From: an uncultured virus (IMG/VR IMGVR_UViG_3300021400_004107)
Lineage: Duplodnaviria; Heunggongvirae; Uroviricota; Caudoviricetes
DNA: 64,000 nt
Virus record (IMG/VR): IMGVR_UViG_3300021400_004107
Reading direction: 5' to 3' (one strand)
Shown here piece after piece: positions 36,789-47,374 of this stretch (positions are counted from its first letter, which is position 1; each line of letters begins with the position of its first letter). The position numbers and the translations under genes were made by a program. A model generated the notes under the pieces. The model was given only the letters and a program-made list of their open reading frames with translations. It was not told the origin of the DNA and did not search any database.

Positions 36789-36823
36789 AAGAGGAGATCT
36801 CAACCGAGGTCTTCTTTTTATTT
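36789..36823 (+). terminator. terminator after the mini-array
   Basis: AAGAGGAGATCTC-aacc-GAGGTCTTCTTTT followed by Ts. Confidence 0.65.
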
Positions 36824-37082
36824 GCAAAATTTTATCCCACGAAAGAAGGTGATACTCATGCGCTTTATCTACAGCGTAATTTAGAACCCTTATTAGGTAA
36901 GGAAGTTGTTTCTTCTGCCAAGTGAATCAGGTAGCGAGCGGATGCGGATAAAAGTTTTGATTCCGGTTTTTCTTCTGTCTGCACGCCAAGAGGATCTTCT
37001 CGCTATCTGCTCCTCTTGGCAGGAGACAACTCAGGTAAGAAGTTTTAAGAAAATACACTTTAAAGAAAGGAGAATTTGACCT

Positions 37083-40000
37083 ATGGGCAAATTCAATATG
37101 CTCAAGAGTGCTTACGCTGCTACAGTATCTGCTGTGTCCAAGACTGTCAGAAAGTCTTTCAAGGGTGCCTGTGCTGTTACTGTATCTGCACTTCTTGTTA
37201 TGCAGGGTCTCGTGCCCTCTGTCGCTGTTATCGCTGACGAGATCGATTCCTCCGATGAGACAGAAGCTGTCTATGAAGTAGTAGCATCTCCTGCTACTAT
37301 CGAGACAGACGATGTTGTAATCGAGGTTGGCGAAACAGAAGAGACAGTGGACGAGAATGTTGATTCTGTTCCTGCGGACGATACGGCTGAGTCGGAGGAT
37401 CCGGCAGATGTCGATACCAATCCGCCTATCGAGGATCAGAGCGAGGTAACTGAAGTTACAGAGACTGAAGCGGATGCTACTGAAGCAACCGAAGCTGAAG
37501 CTGAGGAAACAACGGAAACTGATGTTGAGGAAGTCCCTTATGTGGAGTTTGATCATCTCTATTCCGACGTTGACATTGAGTCTGTCACTACTTCAGACCT
37601 TTTGGTTCAGACGAACAACGCAGACGTATTTACTTACAACACTAATGTTGTATCTAATTACGATGATGTATATGTGATCTCTTTCGACTCTGTTGAGGAG
37701 GCGAGGTTCGCTTACTCCTACTACGCAGATAAGGTAGAGAGTATCTCAGATATGTCTTCTGTGATCTCTATTGCAACAGACGATAATCCGGATGATACGG
37801 CAGACTTGTCTGACCTTAACAATGGCGAAGATGCTATTTCCAATTTGAACGATATCTCTGTATCTGATTACAGCGGTTATATCGCTCTGATTGATACTGG
37901 TGCAAATGCCGATGTTAATTTCTCTGTTGTCGGTGATGACACTTCTGACAGTCAGGGTCATGGTACTGACATGCTCGGTTATATCAGAGAAGAGTATCCT
38001 GATGCTAAGGTAATGAGCATTAAGGTATTCAACGGTTCAACCACCGACGCGGCAAGTGTCTATGCCGGTATAATGCTTGCTATCGAGAGCAATGTATCCG
38101 TCATCAACCTCTCTTTTACAGGTCTTGATAATGAGCAGAATGCCATCGTAAGATCTGCTATCGAGCAGGCTGTTGCTCAGGGTATTGTTGTGATTGGCGC
38201 AGCAGGTAATCAGAACTCTGATGCAAACAACTATATTCCGGGTGCGGTTTCCGGTGTTGTTGCGATCGGCGCAATCAACGATGATGGTACGAAGAATTCA
38301 GCTTCGAACTACAACGCTGATTACTATGTAGTAGCTTCTTCTACTTCCGAAGCTGCTGCAAGATACTCAGGTATCTATGTATCCGGTGAACTTTCCGACA
38401 AGGTTTGTTCCAGTTATGTCGAGACTTCTGTTACGGAGCCTGATGTAACTCCCTCTTCCGACAATGACGACGGTTCTGTTCCGGGTATGAGTGTCGGTGA
38501 TATTGTAGGCGTCTCTGATGACGGTTCTTACTGGATCGTTACTAAGATAGAGAACGGTTCTTTCGACGCTCAGTTTGTTCCTGCGCCGGGTTCTGATTTT
38601 GAAGCAGCAGAACTCACATACGGTACAGGTGGACCTTATAACGTTGATGGTCTCGGTATTGAACCTAACTCATCCGGCGTAGATTACGGTACTTGTGATT
38701 TTACTCGTACTGAAGCCGGTTATGGTGAGATCAGAAACTTTAGTGGCTCTGAAAACACAAACGGCAGCTGGCATATCGGCGACTTCATTGGCGGCGATTA
38801 CCTTAACTGCGAATGTGAAGGTCATGGCAGTAACAGCACTCAGTCCAGTTATGCTTATGCTATGGACTCGGGTAAGAAGTATTACAAGGCTGAATGGTCT
38901 GCAGGAGATGTAGAAGATGACGGCAAGATTCATATCAGTGTCAGCATCTATATCTCTAACGACACGAATTTCGGTGCGAGATCTTGGAGCGATAAGACAC
39001 AGACCGTTCGTTGGCGTGTTCGCTGGGTAGACGGAGGTATTCCTGGTATTCAGAGTTACAAGTGTGTTCTTGACCTTGATACTGATAACGACGGCGATTA
39101 CGATGTAACGGGTGTTGAAGTCTCAAGCGCTTTCCCGGCCGGAGGTCTTTCGTTCGCTCAGTCCAGCGGTATCGTTAACAGCGTTATGGATAAGATCAGG
39201 GACCACATACCCACTGTTGCACCGTATAAAGGTATTAGAAATGTCGGTTCGACTACCTTCGTCGGTTTGACTAATGATCATATTAAAATCGGAACTACCG
39301 CTGTAGGCACGGCAAAGACCGATTATGAGCGCTGTGAAGAGACCCAGGTCTATTTCCGTGCTGCCGCTTTTACGACTACTAATTCCTCTGCTATCGGTCT
39401 TACTAAGATTACAGCAGACGGATACGATTGTGTTACTGACGGTAACTCTTGCTACAGCCTTAGTGGTACAGAATACACTCTGTATTCTGATGCCGATTGC
39501 ACTAATGAGGTTCATACCTTTAGTATCGGCGCAGACGGACATACGGATTCCTATACGGTAGAGGCTTCCAACTTTGGTTCAACTTACTACTTGAAGGAAA
39601 CTGTTGCAGGTCCCGGCTATGCTCTTGATACTACGGTTTATAAGATCGTGGTAGATGATTCAGGCGCAATGACCGGATCCACACATTCCGGCTCAGGTTC
39701 TTGTGGCTTTGAGTGGCACAGTGGTGACAGATTGGGCGAGATCATTGTATCCGATACTCCGCTCCTCGATGACTTCGTTATTAAGCTCCAGAAGGTGAAT
39801 GATGTCAATCCGACGGCTACACAGGCGACAATGGATTCCGCTACGTTCCGTGTTTGCTATTATGCCGATGATTACGGAATTACTGATACGCTTGGTACGC
39901 CGACAGATGATTTTGAAATCACTATTTCAAATCCTTCTACTCTCACGAGTCTGAATTTGCAGGCTCTTGCTGTAGGAACTACTAGAGTGTCTGTGTCGGG

Positions 40001-43000
40001 GGACAACGGCTATTTGCTCGGTATCTATGATGCATTAGAGCTTCGACATCTTCCGTTAGGCACTTATACTATTCAGGAAGTCACACCTCCTACTGGGTTC
40101 AATGTTAATTCAACTGTATACCGCATTAGAATTTACGAAAGCGGAGATGACACTGCTCAGACTATCCGCAACATGACTACAGGCGCTAACATACCTGTTA
40201 TCGTCAGTGGTCAGACTGCTACGGCTGAGTTCACTTCTATCCACGAGCCTCATACTTACGCGTACTATTCGCTTATCAAGGATCTTCCTGATACAACGAT
40301 CAACAACAATCGCGCAGGTTTCGAGTACAACATGTACTGGAAGAAGGCTGACGGTACTTATGTACTGTTCGCAACAGGTACCTCGCAGAGTGACGGTCGC
40401 GTTTATTGGACTTATCAGATAGCAAACTATTACCATCTGAGTGAAACCGATTACGAGACTAAGACCCTCTTGACAGGTACAAGGACCTACACTCTTGAAG
40501 TTGTCGCAGGTGAGACATACGAAGTTCGTGAGACCATTAAGGATCTTCCTTACGGTAATCAGAATTCTGGTCTTACTTATACTTCTATCACGCCTTCCGG
40601 CTGGACAAGAGGTAACGGATATTTCTACAAGAGTGTTGTAGTCGCAGCAGGTACTACTGCAGCAAATTCTGCTCAGCATGTATCCAACGACTGGAATTAT
40701 GGCTCCTTGTCAGTTCACAAGACTAAGCCTGCCGGAGATCTTTTCGATCTTACCAAGGTAAGCTTCACTCTGTATACTTATGTAAACAACGTCCGTAAGG
40801 TCGTTGCTACTGGTACGGTTGATGCTAACGGTAACATTACCTGGACCCGTGTCGATACTAACGGCTACGGTGTTTACCAGGCCGGTAACTATAACAACAG
40901 AACTTCGATCAACACTGTTGCTAACCTGCCTCTCGGCACCTATTATGTCGAAGAGACCTGGGACAAGGTGTATATCGACACTCTTGATCCGGATGCGCAC
41001 GACATTTGGGAACTTTGGGCTACCAACAACACGTCCGGTTGGACGACTTCGTCTGATGACGAGAGCTATGTCAGCTACACGTCAGTAACACTGACTAACG
41101 AAGCTTCCATTACTCTCGGAGCTCCGATGAACGACCTCCACTATCAGTGGTTCGGCGCCAACAAGACCGTTACGGATGACGGCGATGTCTCAACTATTCA
41201 GTTCGAGCTTTACTACACCAGCGGAGCGACGCCGGTTCTCGTAGCAACAGGTTACGCTGAGACTGCAGGTAAGGGTACTTATCCGATCATTTGGGACGGC
41301 TACCAGGGTGCATCTGAGTACAGAAGGAATAACGATCAGGAGATCGTGCTGCCTGAAGGCAACTACGAAATCCGTGAGATCGTTCCTGAGACGTACTATC
41401 AGAACGGGAGAGACAATGTTCCTTATTCCTATATGGTACCTTCCGGATGGCAGAACCATGTAGGAGCAAACGGACACTCTGATTACTTCTACAAGACTTT
41501 TACGGCGTCCAATAATGCCAATACGGTCATCAGCAGCGTGAATCCTACTAACGATCGTATCGAAGCTGAGCTTACGGTAAGAAAGATCGAGCAGACAAAC
41601 GCCCCTGAGCGTGAGTTTACTTTCGAGATCTACTACCGTGGTAATGAAGCTGAGCCTATGAACGTCGGCGTCTTTACAGAAGAGTATCTGCTTGACACCA
41701 TCACTGTTACCACGGTCGACGGTTCAGGTTATGCAACTCTGAACAAAATTCCTGAAGGTTGGTACGAAGTTATCGAAGTCGATAACGACGGTTGGGAAGC
41801 TATTTGGATGAACTCCGCTACCAATACTGCTGCAGGCAAACTGGTACACGCTTCGTCCGAGAACCTTACAGTCTCCAACATCGTTATCAACGACAACATC
41901 AAGTTGTTCGGTATGTCCTTCTCGGGCATTCTCATCAACAACATGATCTCGCCTACGGTCGAGGTTCCTAAGATTGACTCTTGGACAAACGATGTTGTTG
42001 CTTCCGACATTACACATCCTGAGGGTATACACCTTACGTTCTATCTCTACCAGGATAGAAACAGCAATGGAACTCTTGACGACATCGAGCTCGATTACGG
42101 TTATGTTGCAAGGATCGACGGAGACGATGACGGTTCTGTTAAGTTTGAGAACCTCAGAGCAGGCGATTATATCGTTCATGAGGTAGCAACTATTGACGGC
42201 TACTATCTCACGGCGGCAGATACCGCTTTCTCATTGTCCGAGCCTGAACTTACTGTTATTGAGATGGGCAACATGCCTTATACCGAGACAGTTAAGGTGA
42301 CAAAGGTTGACAACGAGACTGATGAGCTTCTCTCCGGAGCCGTATTCACAGTCTTCGTTGACACCAATGACAACGGCGAGTATGACGCAGAGGACCAGAT
42401 CGCGCAGATGTGGAACGATGCTAACGGTAACAAGAAGGCTGACGACGGCGAACTTATGGACGCAGTTCTTGTCGAGACATCCAAGGGTGTCTATGAGAGC
42501 TACGCTCTGCACTTCAACGACGGCGCAACTTTCGGCAACCGCTACTTCCTCGTCGAGACAGAGGCTCCTGAGAATTACTTCTTCGTCAATGAGGACGGCA
42601 CATTCTCTGATACGAGCCGTGTTGTAACCTTTACGGTAGATAAGAAGGATACTACAGCCGCTGACTTCCAGGTTGGCACTAACGAGTACACCTTCCGCAA
42701 CCAGACGGGTACAGTCTTCGCCAAGAAGGCTAATCAGAACGGTGAGTTCCTCTCCGGTGCTGTATTCACAGTCTACGCCGATGAAGCTTGCACACAGGTT
42801 GTCGGAGTTCTCACAGAGAATACGGCAGAGCAGACTTACTCTTACAGAGGTTTGGGCCTTGGTACCTACTATCTCAAGGAGACAGTTGCTCCTGAGGGAT
42901 TCGAGATCGATCCTAATGCTTATGCGTTTGAGGTAACTACGACTCAGGTTCATCCGGTTGTTATGAACTTCATGGCGTATAAGTACAATGTTGACGGTGC

Positions 43001-45494
43001 TTTCGTCGATGTTGAGATTCACACGACCGCTAACGATCCTATGATCGCCAACCCTGATGACTCTTACAGCATCATAGCAAGAGAGTCTGAAGAGACAACG
43101 ATCGTAGACCGCGTTTACTTCGACGGACTCATTATCGGTAACGAGTACCAGGTAACAGGTGATCTTGTTTACCAGACAGACTTCGACGGTCATAAGGCCG
43201 GTGACGTCATCACGACTCAGACTGTGACATTTGTTGCAGGTGACGAGAATGACGAGGCACAGTCCTTCACGGTCAACGAAGATGGAAAGACGATCGAAGG
43301 TTATATCGACGTGGTATTCACAGTTGATACGACCAAGATCACAACGACTATCGTTGCGTTCGAGACCATCGAGACACTGCCTGAGGGTACAGTAGTCGGA
43401 GTACACGCTTCTTTGAACGATGTACCTCAGACAAAGGTTATCCCTCACATCGGTACGACCATTGCCGACCAGCAGACGATGATCAATCAGACATCTCTGG
43501 GCGGAACAGTGACCGTAGTCGATGAAGTTGCTTACGAGAACCTTATCAAGGGCGAGACTTACACGCTGAACGGCGTACTGGTCGACTCCGAGACAGGTGA
43601 CGAAGTAGCAACAGGCACCGTTCAGTTCACGGCAGACGGTGAGATCGTTAAGACGGTTGTCGTCGACGGACAGGTTATCGATCTTGTATCCGGTACGGCA
43701 AACGTAACATTCGAACTCGACGTTACGGACCTTGGCGGAAGAAGCTTTGTCGCTTTCGAGTATCTGTTTATGACAGGTGTGGACGGCGAGGCTGTTCAGA
43801 TCGCATCTCACGAGGATCTGGATGACGAAGGTCAGACTATCCACGTTCCTGAGATCAAGACTCACGCCAATGTACCTGAGGAAGACCTCAGACTTGCTCC
43901 TGCGATCGAGGACTACACATTTACCGATACAGTCATGTACGAGAATCTTATCCCGGGCAAGACTTACACGGTAACAGGTGTTCTTATGAACGCTGATACA
44001 GGCGAGGTTCTTGTCGACGAAGACGGCAATCCTTATGAAGGATCTACAGAGTTTACCGCTGAGAAGGCTGACGGCTCTGTTGATGTCACATTCGTAGTCA
44101 ACACCAAGCTCCTGCAGGGAACGAGTGTAGTAGTCTTTGAGGATCTTTACTACAACGGGATCCACATTGCGACACACTCCGACCTTAAGGACAAGGATCA
44201 GACTTTCGACATTCCTGAGCTGCACACGACTGCTTCTACGGCAATCGGCAATACAGTTGAGTATTCGGATCAGGCAGTAGTTACTGACCGTGTCTTCTAC
44301 AGCAATCTCGTACCCGGTAAGGAATACGAGATCACGGGTACACTGGTAGTCAAGGCTTCCGGTGAGTCTGTCAAGGATGCTGAGGGACACGAAGTTACAG
44401 CAACTGTTACTTTCACTCCGGAAACGACTGAAGGATATGTCGACGTCGTATTCACATTCGACGCTACTGTCTATGTCGGTGAAACACTCGTTGCCTTCGA
44501 GACTCTGTCTCACAAGGGCATTGAGTATGTTGCTCACGCTGACCTCGAAGACGAAGATCAGACGGTCTATGTACCTGAGATCCACACAACGGCTTCGACA
44601 GCTATAGGCAATGTCGTTGAGTATTCCGAACAGGCAACTGTAACAGACCGCGTATTCTATACAGGTCTTACGGTCGGCAAGACTTACGAAGTAACCGGTA
44701 CGCTGGTTGTTAAGTCCACCGGCGATACAGTCAGAGATGCTAACGGCGAGGCCATCGTTGCAATGGCTGCTTTCACGCCTGAGACATCCGAAGGCTTCGT
44801 AGATGTCACATTCGTATTCGACGCAACGCTCTATCAGGGCGAAGCTCTCGTAGCGTTTGAGACATTGACTTACGAAGGTATCGTGTACGCAGTACACACA
44901 GACCTCGAAGACGAGGATCAGACGGTCTATGTACCTGAGATCCACACAACGGCTACTGACGCCAACGGCAATAAGGTATTCCAGGCTACCGAATCTGCGA
45001 CTATCGTAGATGAGATCGCTTACGAGAACCTTGAGCCCGGCACGATCTACCGTGCTGACGGTGTTCTTATGGATAAGTCCACAGGCGCTCCTCTCCTGAT
45101 CAATGGTCAGGAAGTACACGCAAGTGTCGAGTTTACGCCTGAGACTCCTGACGGCACTGTCACGGTGACATTCACGTTCAACGCGAGCGCACTTGCAGGC
45201 AAGAGCCTTGTAGTCTTTGAGAACGTCTACGACATCTCCGGTGCGTTTGTCGTTAACCAGGAGACAGGCGAAGAGGTCTTCGATGAAACCATAGAGACAC
45301 TCGTTGCAACACACGAGGATCTTGAGGACGAGGGCCAGACAGTTACGATCACGGAAGCACCTAAGACAGGTGACACTTCAGACATGAGCGGCCTGGCAAC
45401 AGGCGCCATGATCACTGCAGGTGTTGCTGCTGTTGCAGGCGCAGCTTTCGTAGCTCTTCGCAAGAAGAATAAGAGCCAGGGCGGTGAGGCGTAA
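37083..45494 (+). CDS. 2803-aa sortase-anchored adhesin: S8 subtilase-like domain, SpaA/Cna-B repeats, six VaFE (T-Q ester) repeats
   Basis: Signal peptide; LIDTG, GHGT, AAGN, STSEAA; YYLKETVAPEG-type repeats; xHTTA...VAFE...HxDxxDxxQT repeats; APKTG plus TM helix plus RKKNK. Confidence 0.9.
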   Translation: MGKFNMLKSAYAATVSAVSKTVRKSFKGACAVTVSALLVMQGLVPSVAVIADEIDSSDETEAVYEVVASPATIETDDVVIEVGETEETVDENVDSVPADDTAESEDPADVDTNPPIEDQSEVTEVTETEADATEATEAEAEETTETDVEEVPYVEFDHLYSDVDIESVTTSDLLVQTNNADVFTYNTNVVSNYDDVYVISFDSVEEARFAYSYYADKVESISDMSSVISIATDDNPDDTADLSDLNNGEDAISNLNDISVSDYSGYIALIDTGANADVNFSVVGDDTSDSQGHGTDMLGYIREEYPDAKVMSIKVFNGSTTDAASVYAGIMLAIESNVSVINLSFTGLDNEQNAIVRSAIEQAVAQGIVVIGAAGNQNSDANNYIPGAVSGVVAIGAINDDGTKNSASNYNADYYVVASSTSEAAARYSGIYVSGELSDKVCSSYVETSVTEPDVTPSSDNDDGSVPGMSVGDIVGVSDDGSYWIVTKIENGSFDAQFVPAPGSDFEAAELTYGTGGPYNVDGLGIEPNSSGVDYGTCDFTRTEAGYGEIRNFSGSENTNGSWHIGDFIGGDYLNCECEGHGSNSTQSSYAYAMDSGKKYYKAEWSAGDVEDDGKIHISVSIYISNDTNFGARSWSDKTQTVRWRVRWVDGGIPGIQSYKCVLDLDTDNDGDYDVTGVEVSSAFPAGGLSFAQSSGIVNSVMDKIRDHIPTVAPYKGIRNVGSTTFVGLTNDHIKIGTTAVGTAKTDYERCEETQVYFRAAAFTTTNSSAIGLTKITADGYDCVTDGNSCYSLSGTEYTLYSDADCTNEVHTFSIGADGHTDSYTVEASNFGSTYYLKETVAGPGYALDTTVYKIVVDDSGAMTGSTHSGSGSCGFEWHSGDRLGEIIVSDTPLLDDFVIKLQKVNDVNPTATQATMDSATFRVCYYADDYGITDTLGTPTDDFEITISNPSTLTSLNLQALAVGTTRVSVSGDNGYLLGIYDALELRHLPLGTYTIQEVTPPTGFNVNSTVYRIRIYESGDDTAQTIRNMTTGANIPVIVSGQTATAEFTSIHEPHTYAYYSLIKDLPDTTINNNRAGFEYNMYWKKADGTYVLFATGTSQSDGRVYWTYQIANYYHLSETDYETKTLLTGTRTYTLEVVAGETYEVRETIKDLPYGNQNSGLTYTSITPSGWTRGNGYFYKSVVVAAGTTAANSAQHVSNDWNYGSLSVHKTKPAGDLFDLTKVSFTLYTYVNNVRKVVATGTVDANGNITWTRVDTNGYGVYQAGNYNNRTSINTVANLPLGTYYVEETWDKVYIDTLDPDAHDIWELWATNNTSGWTTSSDDESYVSYTSVTLTNEASITLGAPMNDLHYQWFGANKTVTDDGDVSTIQFELYYTSGATPVLVATGYAETAGKGTYPIIWDGYQGASEYRRNNDQEIVLPEGNYEIREIVPETYYQNGRDNVPYSYMVPSGWQNHVGANGHSDYFYKTFTASNNANTVISSVNPTNDRIEAELTVRKIEQTNAPEREFTFEIYYRGNEAEPMNVGVFTEEYLLDTITVTTVDGSGYATLNKIPEGWYEVIEVDNDGWEAIWMNSATNTAAGKLVHASSENLTVSNIVINDNIKLFGMSFSGILINNMISPTVEVPKIDSWTNDVVASDITHPEGIHLTFYLYQDRNSNGTLDDIELDYGYVARIDGDDDGSVKFENLRAGDYIVHEVATIDGYYLTAADTAFSLSEPELTVIEMGNMPYTETVKVTKVDNETDELLSGAVFTVFVDTNDNGEYDAEDQIAQMWNDANGNKKADDGELMDAVLVETSKGVYESYALHFNDGATFGNRYFLVETEAPENYFFVNEDGTFSDTSRVVTFTVDKKDTTAADFQVGTNEYTFRNQTGTVFAKKANQNGEFLSGAVFTVYADEACTQVVGVLTENTAEQTYSYRGLGLGTYYLKETVAPEGFEIDPNAYAFEVTTTQVHPVVMNFMAYKYNVDGAFVDVEIHTTANDPMIANPDDSYSIIARESEETTIVDRVYFDGLIIGNEYQVTGDLVYQTDFDGHKAGDVITTQTVTFVAGDENDEAQSFTVNEDGKTIEGYIDVVFTVDTTKITTTIVAFETIETLPEGTVVGVHASLNDVPQTKVIPHIGTTIADQQTMINQTSLGGTVTVVDEVAYENLIKGETYTLNGVLVDSETGDEVATGTVQFTADGEIVKTVVVDGQVIDLVSGTANVTFELDVTDLGGRSFVAFEYLFMTGVDGEAVQIASHEDLDDEGQTIHVPEIKTHANVPEEDLRLAPAIEDYTFTDTVMYENLIPGKTYTVTGVLMNADTGEVLVDEDGNPYEGSTEFTAEKADGSVDVTFVVNTKLLQGTSVVVFEDLYYNGIHIATHSDLKDKDQTFDIPELHTTASTAIGNTVEYSDQAVVTDRVFYSNLVPGKEYEITGTLVVKASGESVKDAEGHEVTATVTFTPETTEGYVDVVFTFDATVYVGETLVAFETLSHKGIEYVAHADLEDEDQTVYVPEIHTTASTAIGNVVEYSEQATVTDRVFYTGLTVGKTYEVTGTLVVKSTGDTVRDANGEAIVAMAAFTPETSEGFVDVTFVFDATLYQGEALVAFETLTYEGIVYAVHTDLEDEDQTVYVPEIHTTATDANGNKVFQATESATIVDEIAYENLEPGTIYRADGVLMDKSTGAPLLINGQEVHASVEFTPETPDGTVTVTFTFNASALAGKSLVVFENVYDISGAFVVNQETGEEVFDETIETLVATHEDLEDEGQTVTITEAPKTGDTSDMSGLATGAMITAGVAAVAGAAFVALRKKNKSQGGEA
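44219..44960 (+). repeat. 360-bp tandem VaFE domain duplication
   Basis: GACCTCGAAGACGARGATCAGACGGTCTATGTACCTGAGATCCACACAACGGCT at 44541 and 44901. Confidence 0.8.
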
Positions 45495-45651
45495 AGCCTC
45501 CCGCTTAAGGCTTCCTTCTTAGGCTGACAGCGGGCCTCGGAGCTTAGTGCTTCGGGACCCGTTACTGAGCTTAAGAAAGAGCAGAAGAGAGTTATCGCTC
45601 TAGCCGTTTCTCTTATCTGCTTGCGTGTTTATAAGAAAGGACAGTATTTCC

Positions 45652-46479
45652 ATGAACAGATTGACTCTCGTTCGGGTGCAGAACGGTGGCAAGAAACTGC
45701 TTCTTTTAATTTGCCTTGCAGCTGTGTGTGTCTGCGGATATTTCCTTGTCCGTATGCTTTTAATAGAGGAAGCACAGAAGATAGGGCAACAGGAATACTG
45801 GCATCTATCTGAAGAGATGGGTCCTGAAGACGAGACGCCCGAAGAGAGACTTGTCGAGGTTCAGCTCGCTGAGCCTTTAGAGGTTTTGCCTGAATACGCG
45901 GATATGCTTGCCGAGTATCCGAACTTTGCTGGGTGGATCAGTATCCCTGATACTGAGTTCAGTTACCCGGTCATGATTGCTCCGGAAGAAGATCCTAATT
46001 ACTATCTATTTCATAACTATGAGGGAACTCGTACCGACCTCGGTTGCCCGTATATCCCGTATTACAGTAGCTACGATGCGGATAACGTAATGATATATGG
46101 TCATCATATCAGAAATCACCGCATGTTTGGCTTTCTCGAGAATTACCAGGACGAGGATTTCTATAACGAGCACCGCTTCATATTCTATGATACGCCCTAT
46201 CAGCATCGCATTTACTATATTGTGTCGGTGATGATCATATCGGTAGAAGATCCGAGATTCCATTTCCAGGATTTCGTTAACTGGGGCGGGATCGGGCAGT
46301 CGCATTTTTATAATCAGGAGTGTTATGACCGCAACATTTTCGACTCGGACACTCTGCCTGATGATGGAGACAAATTGCTCACATTAGTTACTTGTGAATA
46401 TTCCATTCCAAATGGCAAAGGCCGATTGGTCATAGTGGCACAAGATGTTACTGCTTATGACACCGAATCTGAGAATTAA
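45652..46479 (+). CDS. srtB: class B sortase
   Basis: N-terminal TM; GWISIP, YPV, IYGHH, MFG, LTLVTC, GRLVIVA. Confidence 0.85.
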   Translation: MNRLTLVRVQNGGKKLLLLICLAAVCVCGYFLVRMLLIEEAQKIGQQEYWHLSEEMGPEDETPEERLVEVQLAEPLEVLPEYADMLAEYPNFAGWISIPDTEFSYPVMIAPEEDPNYYLFHNYEGTRTDLGCPYIPYYSSYDADNVMIYGHHIRNHRMFGFLENYQDEDFYNEHRFIFYDTPYQHRIYYIVSVMIISVEDPRFHFQDFVNWGGIGQSHFYNQECYDRNIFDSDTLPDDGDKLLTLVTCEYSIPNGKGRLVIVAQDVTAYDTESEN

Positions 46480-46508
46480 GTTCTTTTGCAAATAAGAGAG
46501 GAGCTCAT

Positions 46509-46778
46509 ATGGATAAACACGAATATTTTGAGAAGTATCGAAAGGCCCATGATCTTCCGGAGATTAAAGACTTCGGTATGGCCAAAGAGCATGATCCGAG
46601 GTCCGTAGAACTGTTTGGCTATATCTCTGAGGTCGATTACGGCAATGGTGACTATTTCTGCTTCAAGAGCGGCGGAGACGGTGATAACGGTGAGATCTTA
46701 ATGGATCTGCTGGACTGCTTCTTTAAGAACAAGGACAAGTTAGAAAGTGTTGAGCAAGGTCTTGGCACGGAAAGGTAG
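46509..46778 (+). CDS. hypothetical protein
   Basis: FCFKSGGDGDNGE; ends TER. Confidence 0.7.
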   Translation: MDKHEYFEKYRKAHDLPEIKDFGMAKEHDPRSVELFGYISEVDYGNGDYFCFKSGGDGDNGEILMDLLDCFFKNKDKLESVEQGLGTER

Positions 46779-46784
46779 GGGCCT

Positions 46785-47045
46785 ATGTTAGGAGCTGTGT
46801 TGTCGACTTTAGTTGCCATAGCATGTGTTGCCGGGTTTGTTGTATTCATATTCCGTAAGGGCAAAGAGTATCAGGACAAGGAAAAGTGTGCTTTTGATGA
46901 TCTGGCCAAGGAGAGTAACGCTAAAGCCGACCGGGAATTGCAAGAAACTAAGGCTACGTTCTGCGGATACTGCGGCAGGTTTAATCTGGGCCCGGTAGAT
47001 GTCTGTAGGTATTGCGGGGCAATACTAAATAAGGAGAAGAATTGA
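46785..47045 (+). CDS. membrane-anchored zinc-ribbon protein
   Basis: N-terminal TM; CGYCG...CRYCG. Confidence 0.7.
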   Translation: MLGAVLSTLVAIACVAGFVVFIFRKGKEYQDKEKCAFDDLAKESNAKADRELQETKATFCGYCGRFNLGPVDVCRYCGAILNKEKN

Positions 47046-47046
47046 T

Positions 47047-47358
47047 ATGAACGTGCATATGCAAGGTGATCCTTCTCAGATAATCCCGGTGCTGATCGGC
47101 ATGGTGCTGTGTTTTATCATAAGCGCCGTTCCTATAATGACTGTTATCATAGCGCTCGTCAGGCATTTTAAGCGTCAGGCGAAGAACGATGCCGACATGA
47201 TGAAGAAAGCGGCGGAGATAAAGAGCAAGCAACTCGAGATCGAGGAGAATAAGGGCATTCCGAAGCGGATAGTCGAATGCCCATTCTGCGGCAGAGTCAA
47301 TCGCTATGACACAGGCTCGTGTAAATATTGCGGAGGCGTGCTGAATTTGAAAGAGTGA
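47047..47358 (+). CDS. membrane-anchored zinc-ribbon protein
   Basis: TM; CPFCG...CKYCG. Confidence 0.7.
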   Translation: MNVHMQGDPSQIIPVLIGMVLCFIISAVPIMTVIIALVRHFKRQAKNDADMMKKAAEIKSKQLEIEENKGIPKRIVECPFCGRVNRYDTGSCKYCGGVLNLKE

Positions 47359-47374
47359 AAGGAAAGTAACTGCT

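Noticed and set aside
42231..45314. 1027-aa minus-strand ORF
   Set aside because: Antisense shadow of the repetitive adhesin caused by codon bias; no RBS or recognisable motifs.
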